This document shows, one piece after another, positions 52,714 through 64,000 of a DNA stretch of 64,000 nucleotides. Position 1 is the stretch's first letter, and each line of letters opens with the position of its first letter. Location of the stretch: positions 97,712,001 to 97,776,000 of the forward strand of contig OZ336871.1 of assembly GCA_965287045.1 (NCBI GenBank). The letters are read 5' to 3'. This DNA is from Carcharhinus amblyrhynchos. Taxonomy: Eukaryota. The translations under genes were made by a program, and so were the position numbers. The notes under the pieces are model-generated. The model did not search any database. It was not told the DNA's origin and saw nothing but the letters and a program-made list of their open reading frames with translations.

Positions 52714-52959
52714 CTGAAAGAAAAATAGCAAAACGAATGAGCAAATTTAAAGTATGCTTTAACACTACCTTTCTGCTATAATTTAAGTACAACTAACATT
52801 AGGCCAAGACCTCAGGACACTAATAGTATAAATACTTAATTATTTCAGACTTACCACACCTACAATAATTACCAATAAGATTAGCTCAGTATCTTGCTGA
52901 GATGAGTCAAGGAATTGAATAATTTCAGTACACCAGAAATTGCAGTAAGGTAACCAAGA

Positions 52960-53470
52960 CATAACATAGCATCTTTACTATAATAAAGCATCCCAAGGTG
53001 CTTCATAGGAGCATAATGAAATAAAGTGACACCAAATCACATAAGAAGCCATTAGGTCAGCTTGCTCAGAGGTAGATAAGGAATGTAAAGGAAGGCGCCT
53101 ATACAGAGAAGGAATTCCAGAGGCAAGGTCTTCAGCAACTGAAGCCACCAACGTGGAACAATTAAAATCAGGAACGTTCAGGAGTAATAGGACTCAAGAA
53201 GGAAGGGAGGAAGGTGGTCATGTAGGAATTTGAAAACAACGATCAAATCTTTACATGCAAGACATTGCTTGACCAGGAAACAAAGTAGGTCAGTTAGCCC
53301 AAGGGTTATAAGTGAATTGTACTTGGTGCAAATATAGACATGGGCACCTGAGTTTTGGATGACTTCAAGTTTACAACAGGTAAATTTGGGAGACTAGCCA
53401 CATGTTTATTGGAATAGTCAAGTCTAGAAGTAATAATGAATGAGGGCAACGTCAGCATATGAAGCAGAGA
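52960..53470 (-). mobile_element. Old L2 LINE 3' fragment
   Basis: catcccaaggtgcttcatagga tail; ggaatagtcaagtctaga. Confidence 0.6.
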
Positions 53471-54627
53471 AACAACCCTGATTATACTGCGGATTATGAC
53501 TAGATTAATTTAAATTTAATTTTAATTTAAAAGCGTGAAAAGGTTCTATGATGCCAATATTCCAAGTGAACATAAGCAGAGAAAGGAACCCCCCTGCCGC
53601 AGCAAAACAGACACGTCCTCTGTCAGAGGACTTCAGAGGCCTGCTGACACTTGTGGCTTCTGACAAAAAGGGAAACCTCTGCTCCAGAATGGAGCGCTAT
53701 TGCAATTTGATAGCCTGACTGCTGTTCAGGCATCATGGTGATTAGAATGAACAGGCTACTTCAAATTTTCACAGCTGACAGACAGGAATGAAGATGTTGA
53801 TCAGCGTGATCTTCAGATCTATCAGAGATAGTCCAACGAGGAGACCTCTATCTCAGAGAACACAGTAGCAAAGTTAACTCCTTGCTCCCAGCTTGCGCCC
53901 ACCAGACCCCAGTACCCTTGGGGCACCCAACCTACCTCCATAATGCCAAGGCTCCAGGCCAGGGGCAAGTGCATCATTGGCACTGTCAAAACACATGGCC
54001 TGAGGAGTTGTCTGCAGGTGGAGGGGTGACCCAATATTTGGGTGGTGGTTGTGATTGGGGGGGGGGGGGGGCAGTGGAGACAATGTGTTGCCCCTCTATG
54101 CTAAGGGGTTTGCTGGTGCTTCCCTGGGCCCTCAAGGTTCAGCTGATGACCGAAGTCCACCCTGTTCATTTCCAGGGACTCGAGAAAGATGACAGCATGA
54201 TAGAATTGAGTGTTGTCCGTGTATATTTCAATGAAAAGTCATCAACGGAGTCAAGAATGAATCTGGGAGTAATGCTGCAAGATTGGAAGAAAAATTATGC
54301 TGGAAATGCTGTTTCATGACCAGGCAAACGAAGCAAGGGCAATGGCACCGAATTAGACAGTGGAGGACAGACCTTAGTAGAGAATTGTGTAGTCAAGTGA
54401 GCCAAAAACTGCTGACATAAGTGCCACAGGAATGCCACTTGTCACGAGTAGGGCCAGTACAGTGCTGTAACCAGGGCTGAAATCAAACATGGGTTGCAGT
54501 AAATAACAGCACATACTTAGGAGATGATAACCAGTTTTAGAATTGAGTGGAAAATTTTGAAAGAAACAAGGGCGATACACAAAGATCGAGAATAATGTGA
54601 TTTAGTATTGAGCATGAAAGATTGCTT

Positions 54628-56897
54628 TGATGTAGAGATGCTGGCATTGGACTGGGGTAAACACAGTAAGAAGTCTCAACACCAGGTTAAAGTCCAACAG
54701 GTTGATTTTTGGTAGCACAAGCCACTAGCTTTTGGAGCACAGCTCCTTTATCAGGTGATTAGGAGCTCTGGTAACAAACAGGGCATATAAAGACACAAAC
54801 TCAATTTATAAAATAATGGTTGGAATGCAAGTCTTTACAGATAATAAAGTCTTAAAAAGGTACAATGAGTGGAAAGGGTTAAGCACAGGTTAGAGATGTG
54901 CAGCGTCTCCAGCCAGGACAGTTAGTGAGATTTTACAAGCCCAGGAAAATCATGGAGGTTACATGTGTGACGTGAACCCAAGATCCTGGTTGAGGCCATC
55001 CTCATGCATGCAGAACTTGGCTAACAGTCTCTGCTCAGTGACTCTACGTTGTCATGTGTCGTGAAGGCCACTTCGGAGAACACTTACCTGAAGATCAGAA
55101 GCCGAATGCCCGTGAACGCTGAAGTGTTCACCAACAGGAACGGAACAGTCTTGCGTAGGTGATTGTTGGGCAGTGTTCATTCATCCGTTGTCATAGCATC
55201 TGCACGGTCTCCCCAACGTACCATGCGTCAGGACATCCTTTCCTGCAGTGTTTTAGGTAGACAATGTTGGCCAAGTTGCAAGTGTATGTATCATGTACCC
55301 GGTGGATGGTGTTTTCACATGAGATGATGGCATCCGTGTCGATGATCCGGCATATCTTGCAAAGGTTGCTGTGGCAGGGTTGCGTGGTGTTCTCACTGTT
55401 CTCCTGAAGGCTGGGTAGTTTGCTGCGAACAATGGTCTGTTTGAGGTTGTACGGTTGTTTGAAGGCAAGAAGTGAGGGTATGGGGATGGCCTTGGCTAGA
55501 AGTTTGTCTTCATCAATGACACGTTGAAGGCTCTGGAGAAGATGTCATAGTTTCTCCGCTCCAGGGAAGTACTGCACGACGAAGGGTACTCTGTCCACCG
55601 TGTCCTATGTTTGTCTTCTGAGGAGGTCGGTGCAGTTTTTCCCTGTGGCGCACTGGAACTGTCGATCAATGAGTCCGTTGGAACATCAAGGACGATCACC
55701 TCAGCACTTCACTGTACTGCAAGCCCACAGATAACCTTACGATGCTCCACTTCTTCAGCTTCCACCCTAAAACACATTAAAGAAGCTATCTCTGACAGAC
55801 AAGCCCGCCGTATACACAGGATCTGCTCAGATGAGGAGCATCGCTACAAACAACTTCAGGTGCTGAAAGATGCCCTCATAAGAACAGGATATGGCGCTCG
55901 ACTCACTGATCGACAGTTCCAATGCGCCACAGCGAAAAACTGCACTGGCCTCCTCAGAAGACAAATACGTGATACAGTGGACAGAGTACCCTTCGTCATC
56001 CAGTACTTCCCTGGAGCGGAGAAGTTACGATATCTTTGGAGCCTTCAACGTCATTGATGAAGACAAATATCTCACCAAGGCCATCCCCACACCTCCACTT
56101 CTTGCCTTCATGCAACTGCACAACCTCAAACAGTCCACTGTCCACAGCAAACTACCTAGCCTTCAGGAGAACAATGACCATGACACCACACAACCCTGCC
56201 ACAGCAACCTCTGCCGGATGTGCCAGATCATCGACACAGATGCTATCATCTCACGTGAGAACACTATCCAGCAGGTGTACACGGTACATACTCTTGCAAC
56301 TCAGCCAACATTGTCTATCTAATACGTTGCAAGAAAGGGTGTCCCGAGGCATGGTACATTGGGGAGACCATGCAGACACTACGACAACGGATGAACACCG
56401 CTCGACAATCACCCAGCAAGACTGTTCTCTTCCAGTTGGGGAACACTTCAGTGGTCATGGGCATTCGGGCTCTGATCTTCGGGTAAGCGTTCTCCAAGGC
56501 AGCCTTCATGACACCCAATGCAGAATCACTGAGCAGAGACTGTTAGCCATGTCCTGCACATGAGGACGGCCTCAACCGTGACCTCGGGCTCATGTCACAC
56601 TATTTGTAACCCCCATGACTTGCCTGGGCTTGCAAAAGCTCACTAACTGTCCTGGCTGGAGACAATACACATCTCTTTAATCTGTGCTTAACCCCCTCTC
56701 CACTCACATTGTCTGTACCTTTGAGACTTGATTACCTGTAAAGACTTGGATTCCAATCATTATTTTGTAAATTAAGTTTGTGTCTTTATACGCCCAGCTT
56801 GTGAACTGAAATCCCACTCACCTGATGAAGCAGTAGGACCAGGAAAGCTGGTGATTTGTGCTACCAAATAAACCTGATGAACTTTAAACTGGTGTTC
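54628..56897 (+). mobile_element. Penelope-like element with an inverted 5' copy (54628-55677 minus; 55678-56897 plus)
   Basis: HLSTSLY.KPTDN (RT end), RIHRICSDE, VYLIRC..CPEAWYIGET (GIY-YIG endonuclease); about 1-kb inverted arms. Confidence 0.9.
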
Positions 56898-56914
56898 TTT
56901 TGGAAAGATTGCTT

Positions 56915-58363
56915 CCCATACATTAATCAGAGTAGGGATCACAGGCATTTTCAGGTTTTGAAGGTTGTAACAAGGATCAGTGCTGAGGCATCAAGCTGTT
57001 TACAACTGTATTAATGACCTGGGCAATGAAAGGGTAATATAGCCAGGTTTGCTGACAATACAAAGCTAGACGGGAATGCAAGCTGCAAGGAGGTCACAAG
57101 GATGTTACATAGAGATACAGATAGTTAAGTGAGTGGACAACATGTGACAAGCGTAACGTAGGGAAGACAGAGGTTATTCACTTGGTAGTACGAAATAATT
57201 TTTTGTTTAAAAAGTAAAACTTTTAATTGCTGATGCTCAGATTTAGATGTTTTCATAGAAGGAACAACATCGGCAGGCACAGCAGGCAATTTAGGCAGAA
57301 AATGGCATGTTGAGCTTTATTGCAAGGGATACAATTCATCGCTGCAGATACTGCTGAGCACAATATCCTAGGTTTAATCCTCATTAGCTACTTCAAATGA
57401 CCTTTCCTCGATCATATGGCCAGAAGTGGGAACATTCACTGATGAGGACAGTATTCAATACAATTCATAGTTCCTCAGTGAGGTTATTCATGCCCAGAAG
57501 CAGCAAGCCCTGGGCAATCAGGTTTCAGCTAAGTGGCAAGGAACATTCTGGTATGTCACACAATGACCATCTCCAACAAGAGTCTAACTGCTGCCTCTTG
57601 ACATACATTGGTATTACCACAGAATCCCTCATGTCAATGACCCAAAACTGGACTAATCATAAAATAGTGTCTAGAATAGCAGGTTATGTATTCAATTCAC
57701 TACCTGATTCTCTAAAATTGTTCACCATCTACAAGGCACAAGTCACGAGTGTGATGTAATATTCTCCATTTTCCCAAATGATTGCAGTTTCAGCAACATT
57801 CAAAGCTTGACATTATCCAGGGCAAAGCAACCTTCTCGACAGACATCTTATCCACTGCATTAAACATTTATTCTCACCACTATCACTACCTGTGGTCAGT
57901 GTGCACTATGAGATAGTTCTAAGAACTGCCAAGGTTCCTTTGATGGCATCTTTCAACCTCTACCACCTTGAAGAACAAGGGCAATAGATTTGAGGAATCA
58001 CCACCAGCTATACATTCCCATCTTAAGGGCACACCATTATGACATGGGATTCTAATCACTGTTCCTTCACTAAGTCAAAATCTAGAACTCACTCCTCTAA
58101 CAGTACTTTGGTTATGCTCCTAATAGGAATTAGGTAGAAGATGTCATTGAGCGCAGAGGTAGAGGGTATGGTTGATGTATTAAATGAATGCTTTGCACCT
58201 GTCATTACCAAGGAGATAGATGCTACCCAGCGACAGTCGATGAAATTCTATCCCTAGCAGATTCAAAATTTATAAGGAAGAAGGATGAAGTGTTGAGTAG
58301 ATTGTCGGTACTGGCCGCTAACAATGCACTGGGACCAGATGAGATGCAACCAATGGTACTGAA

Positions 58364-58405
<42 letters not shown>

Positions 58406-59790
58406 AATTAGAGGTGTGCTGGCCATAAAATGCAGTCTTCTCTGGACTCCAGGGAAGTGTCAGAGGGCTGGAGAATTGCAAATATTAAACCCTTGTTTAA
58501 AAAAGGTTGTAAGGGTAGCCTCAATTACAGGCCAGTCAGCTAATCACTAGTTGAGCTTCCAGAAATAATTATTCTGGATTGAATTAGCAGTTATGTGGAA
58601 AAATATGGGTTATTAGGAAGAGCCAGCTTGGATTTCAAGGGAAAATCATGTTTAACTAACTTGGACTATTTTGATGGTAGAGTCAATGAGGGGGAATGCT
58701 ATTGACATTGTATTGAAAGTCTTCTGAAAGCCCAAGTGCACAAAGTCACTTGAGAAAAGTTATGAGTCATGGAATAAAAGGGACAGAAGCAACATGGATA
58801 CAAAATTGGCTGGAATAAAAGGAAACAATGTAATGTCAATAGATATTTTCTAGGCTGGGGGTGTAGTGGTGCTCACCAGGAGTTGGTATTGGAACTCACG
58901 CTTTTTGTAATAATTATGAATGATTTAGATCATGGGTGCAGGGGACAGTTTCAGAGATTGCAGATGATACAAAACTTGGAAAGTATTGTAAACTGCGAAG
59001 AGGACAGTGCAGGACTTCAAAAGGGCATATACAAATTGACAGAACGCAGGTATGTGCAGATGAAGTTCACTGCGGAGAAGCACAATTTTTTAAAAAATTA
59101 ATTGATGCATTTTGTTAAGATAAACATGGAGAGAATATAAAACAAGGGGTGCAATGGCATGAGGGACTTGGGTGTATACGTGCATATATCATAAAGTGGC
59201 AGGATAGGTGAACTGCAGAGAGCATTTTAGTATTCTGGGCTTTGTTAATTGGAGCACAGAGTACAAAAATAAAAAGAGATAATGCTGAACTTGTACAAGA
59301 CACGAGCAGACCTCAGCTGGAATATTGATATTGTATACAGTTCTGAGCGCCACATTATAGGAAGGATGCAAATGCATTAGAGAGAGGGTTATAAGAATGG
59401 TTCAAAAACATCAGTTATGAGGATAGATTTGAGGGGTTGGGATTATTTTCCTTGGAGATTGAATAGAGATGTTCAAAATCATAAAGGGGGGAGGTGGGGG
59501 ATTTGAACAGATCAGATGGGGAGAAACTGTTCCTCCTTATAAAAGGAGGAAGAATGAGGTCACAGAATTTGCAAAGAAGCAAAAATGGTGCAAGTAAAAC
59601 TTAAGCGGTTCGGGTCTGGAAGTTGGAGGAAGCTGGTTCAATCGAGGCATTTAAGAGGCATTAGATGATTATTTGGAAGAAATAATGTGTATCGGTACGG
59701 GGATAAGACAGGGAAATGGCACCAAGCCAAAGTTTGGAGAGCTGATGCAGATACGATGGAGCAATGAGTCTCCTGCGCCATAATTCTGTG
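56915..59790 (+). mobile_element. Degenerate CR1 fragments of two families
   Basis: tttgctgacaatacaaag; LFTIYKAQV; IADDTKLG; CR1-like tail at about 59700-59790. Confidence 0.7.
58365..58406 (+). repeat. (GAAA)n microsatellite
   Basis: About 10 tandem GAAA units. Confidence 0.95.
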
Positions 59791-60841
59791 GACATATCTG
59801 TACTACTTGGATTGCAGTTGATCAGGAAGGCATCTTATCATCTCCTTGAAAAGAAAATTAAGGAAGGGCAATTAATACTGGCTTAACACATTGAAAAAAA
59901 CATGATAAGCAGTTTAAAAACAATCTCAATTGTCTACTTAATGCTTAAGACCACTTGTTAAATTATTTTGTCTTGACTTGAGCAACACGGTACCAATGAT
60001 ATGCAGGGTGTAAGTGGATAAGACTTGTTTCTTTTAATCACCAATGCTCTCAGTCTGACTTACCTGTTCCCAACCTTAGTTCCTACCACATTCCAATGCA
60101 CTGTCCAGGCCTTGCATTTACAGGTATCCAACAAACAACTCTTCATAAGAGCCCACCCATTTCTGCTGCTGTTGTTTGGCAGCAGGTCACAATTCCAACC
60201 ACTCCAGCTCCAAATTCTGCCAGCCACCTACTATTTTTACAATGTTTCCATCTATGTCACCAGTGCTTTTTGTTTACCCAATTCCAAAATTAAAATAATC
60301 TATTCCTGCTACGTTATTCAAAAAGTGAGAAGAATGAAAAATTCAAAAGCAAGCAGAAAATTCTAAAAAGACAAGAAAAAAAGATACAAAAAACAAAATC
60401 ACAAGGAACTTTCATAGCATGTCTCCAAGTCCCTGGACAATGGCATGGAAGATTCACACACTGACTTCCCTGAGCAGGGAAAAGTTATTTCAACAGCTTG
60501 AAAACGAAAATCCTGCCTCCATCCTGTGCTCTTAGCATTGAGGAGACTGTGGTTAAAAGCAGGCAGTGGCCTAATTAACCTGCCAATCAGGGTCAAACCT
60601 ACTCAAGCAAGGAGAGGTTCGAATTCTGGTAAACTAACTAAAGGTTTATTAACAGAATAACTATGAACATTACAGAACAAGGGAAACAGTCTCAACTCCA
60701 CAGGCACAAAACTCCGACACCAGGAACAAGCCCAGGGAAAACTAAATGGAACTGCAATTCTGCTCCCAATTGGACCAGTGGGTCACATGATCCTTTCAGG
60801 GAATCAACCTTTAAAGGGCAACAGCACCACAATAACCCAAG

Positions 60842-61045
60842 ATAAATGCAAAATACTGTGGATGCTGGAACCTGAAACAAAACAGAAAAATGCTGGAAAA
60901 TCTCAGCAGGTCTGACAGCTTTGGAGCAAGAATACAGCCAACATTTCAAGACAAAAGGTCATCTAAAGGTGAAACACTGGCTCTATTCTCTCTCCACAGA
61001 TGCTGTCAGATATGCTGAGTTTTCCAGCATTTATCTGTTTTTGTT
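60842..61045. mobile_element. Palindromic Penelope-like mini-element (second family)
   Basis: aaatgctggaaaatctcagcaggtctgacagc ... gctgtcagatatgctgagttttccagcattt inverted arms. Confidence 0.65.
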
Positions 61046-61289
61046 ACAATCGCCCAAGCCCCAGTCTCCTCCCAGTCACAAGGAAGCCCCACTCCAATGT
61101 ATCTGTCCTCTCAAAAATATTCCCACAGATCCCCAGCAATGGGCAACTGCTGCCAAATTTTCACTCCCAAAGGACAGCCAGGTAGCCAAAATGTTTTATT
61201 TAAATTAGGCACCACCTTCAAAATCTAACTCTCACACCATTCCCATCATAGATCTTGCATCACAGTAGAAGTCAATATCTCTAATGATA

Positions 61290-61620
61290 TTGCACAGAGC
61301 AGGAATAGGTGGTCAGCCCCTTGAGCCTGCTCTGCCATTTAATACGATCATGGCTGACTTTACCTCAACTCCACTTACCTGTCTTTTCATCATAACTCTT
61401 CAAACCCTTACTAATTAAAAATGTGCCCATGTCTTTCTTAGATTCACTCAAAGCCCAAGTATCCACCATGCTCTGGACAGTGAATTCCAGACTTATGATC
61501 TTTGTAAGAAGAAATTTCTCAATTTCTGTATTAAATCTGCTATATTGCCCTATGAGTGAAGGAATATCCTCTCCATGCCTATTCTGTCAATCCTCCTTAT
61601 CATCTTGTTTTGTTGCAATG
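61290..61620 (-). mobile_element. Old CR1 3' fragment
   Basis: gagcaggaatagg..cagccccttgagcctgctctgccatt..atcatggctga. Confidence 0.7.
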
Positions 61621-62364
61621 CTCCCAAGAATGTGAAGCTCAATAACAATAACATACATTATACAAAAATTTGGAATGTGGGTCATGCATTCTATTCAAAG
61701 TATTTTCTATAAGCATTCATATGCTAAGATATACCAGTTCACCTGTTAGGGTTCAAAGCATCAATAGGTGGCACTGTAATGAATCTTTGTAAAATAACAA
61801 ATTGTCCATCAAGTCAGTGTTCTGAAGCTTGTTAACCCTACGCTTAAAACATGCCTATAGCTCCATCTGCTGTTTAACATTTTAAATTTAGACCCCTAAC
61901 TGCTTAAAAACAGATTTCACTCCACCAAGCTCAAAGTCCTGATGTGATACCCAGCCCTACAATACCTACTGTAGGACATGTTGCAATGACTTTTCACCAA
62001 AAGCATCTAGTTTTCCAATGTCTGTGGTGTGGACAAATTAGTGGCATCAAACACGAAGGACAGTAGCATTTTCTACATCTGACTAATTCAAACAAATTTC
62101 AGCTCTTGACAAGGACAGCAATTTGCATTTTCCACCACAGAAGACAATAACTATGCATAAAAGGAGCTCAGGCAGTGAGAGCTATTAATCTTACATATTC
62201 AAGATGAGATAGCTGATGACCAGTTAACAATGACTAGTTCACGGTTTGTATGTTTTAGAATGCTACTTTTAGTTTTGGGAAATAAAGTGTTGACTGTGGA
62301 GAATCTGGTTGAGAAACTGACGAGCAACGCTGGGGAGAATACAATTCAAACAAGTTTGGGAGTT

Positions 62365-63098
62365 TGTTACCGGCAACAGGGTGGGAGTCACCTAAAGGTT
62401 AACAGTTAGAAAAATAATAGAAAAGTAATAGAACAGCAAGTGGGCTTCTTAGCAAAAAACTGGTGACATGACATTTTACATTATTTCCAGTATAGAATTA
62501 AGTTATTCTTGTGGCCTCCCAGAATTGTGGAAAGTAATTAGGAAGCAGTTAATTTGTGTTTTATTTGCAGCACAGCCATCAGGCAGGTCTGATTAATGTT
62601 TGGAGAAGCAGCTAGACTGTCAGCTTTGGGTCTTGGGTAGTTATAGCACCTATGGTGTTTAAAATTACTGCACAGGAGTTGTAGTTAAGATAAAACTAGC
62701 ACTGTGGAATCCAGGCTTTTGAGGTCAGTGAAGAAGTTGGAAGAAGCCGAAAGCTAACAGAAGGACCCTAGTGAAATTTTGTATGAGAATAGCTGAAGCA
62801 TCAAAGAGAACTCAAGTGAATGCCACAGAGCTGGGATATACCTTTTGAATTGGTCCCAGGAAAGTGAATGACTGTTAAAAGATTTTTTAAGGGAACTCTA
62901 GTGGAAGTAAATAGCACAAATTTTTATAAAGTTGATGTTTAACTTGAATTATTTTTGATGAATAAAGTTTATTTTTGTTAAAGAAACATGAAATATCTGC
63001 TGATTGTGTCTATTTAACTATTACCACTGAAATCAAATCATTAACACAATAGTGAAAAAAGCCAAAACTTTGTGAAATACATACCTGTAGGTGTAACA
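62365..63098 (+). mobile_element. Solo LTR-like element
   Basis: TGTTAC...GTAACA inverted ends, AATAAA at 62961; TSD not convincing. Confidence 0.45.
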
Positions 63099-63199
63099 TT
63101 GTTGTAGCTCTGTGAAAGATTATGATAAGTGGGACCTTCAGAAGTTTGAAGGATTCAAAACTGCACTGAAATTTCACTTTTGACCTGTTGTAAATGATT

Positions 63200-63505
63200 G
63201 GGGCGGCACAGCGGTTAGCACTGCTGCCTCAGTGCCAGGGACCTGGATTCAATTCTGGCCTCATTCAGTGTGTGAAGTTTGCATGTTCTCCCTGTGTTTG
63301 CGTGGGCTTCCTCCAGGTGCTCCGGTTTCCTCCCATATGCCAAAGAAATGCAGGTTAGGTGGATTGGCCATGTTAAATTGCCCCTTATTTTCAACAGGAT
63401 TAGCAAGGTTACGCGGGGTTATGAGGGTAGGGCCTGGATGGGATTGTGGTTGGTGCAGGCCTGATGGGCCAAATGGCCTCCTTCTGCACTGTAGAGATTT
63501 TATGA
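63200..63505 (+). mobile_element. HE1-type SINE
   Basis: gggcggcacagcggttagcactgctgcc..ggtgctccggtttcctccca..gggccaaatggcctccttctgcactgt. Confidence 0.88.
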
Positions 63506-64000
63506 ATTCTTAAATATTTCTTCTGATTTTCACTCCCCCCCAAACTTCCTATCATCTTTTTAAATTGTTCTATTGCTTTTACTTGCCTGATTGCCTTTTA
63601 AGTATGGCAAAGAACAGGTCCGTTAGGTCGAGAACTAATGGATGTGTGGGCCGTTCAACTACTGCAATTATTCATCTGGTCTCACTGTGCACCACTCTCA
63701 CCTGTACTCGAAGTCCTCCTGTTCTTTCCTTCTTCTAGGTGCCATCTTAAAAGTGTGGAATAAAATAAGCTTGCTGGCTAAAGACTTATAGAGTTCTGCT
63801 ATTGTTCTGATTTCTTCTGAAGACTCTGACCTCCAGCTACATTAGTGTGAACATCTAGCCAACTATTACCAAGTATTATACATGATACTCAAAAAAGTAT
63901 TGGGAAATAAATTTACACTCAAAAGACAATTTTCACATTGCTGGAGCAAAGTCCATAGTAGTGAGATGAATTTGAATTAGAGAAAATAAATATAAAACTG

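Noticed and set aside
58188-58550. KKER-repeat ORF
   Set aside because: (GAAA)n microsatellite expanded inside a dead CR1
52716-64000. Canonical DAZL penultimate exon (KKSVDRSIQTVVSCLFNP)
   Set aside because: Not found; CAG AAG AAA TCA at about 63816 is followed by an in-frame stop and lacks a pyrimidine tract

Overview
Vertebrate genomic DNA, almost certainly a cartilaginous fish (shark), judged from the HE1-type SINEs and the dense CR1, Penelope and Rex retroelements. Most of the window is transposon debris, and nearly all ORFs in the supplied track are CR1, Rex, RTE, Gypsy or Penelope remnants or noise. Two host genes are supported, both on the minus strand. (1) The 5' end of a raftlin gene, best matching RFTN1: first coding exon 15406-15561 (MGCGLPKLEK..., 145 coding nt), a probable non-coding exon 1 ending at 20037, and a promoter with PU.1 and ETS:RUNX motifs. 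(2) A probable DAZL terminal exon (acceptor at 52714, EKRVHRF...) followed by about 2.5 kb of repeat-poor, U-rich 3'UTR, matching the known DAZL-RFTN1 gene order. Most notable observations: an apparent 7-nt insertion that splits the DAZL C-terminal motif across two frames and creates a second splice acceptor; a hammerhead-ribozyme core in a Penelope-derived palindrome upstream of the RFTN1 promoter; a tRNA-Cys relic inside an LTR-like element; a 44-bp duplication flanking a CR1; and a CR1 inserted at a near-homologous site in its own subfamily. Reference comparisons are from memory and were not searched. No wholly new biological system is demonstrable from the sequence alone.
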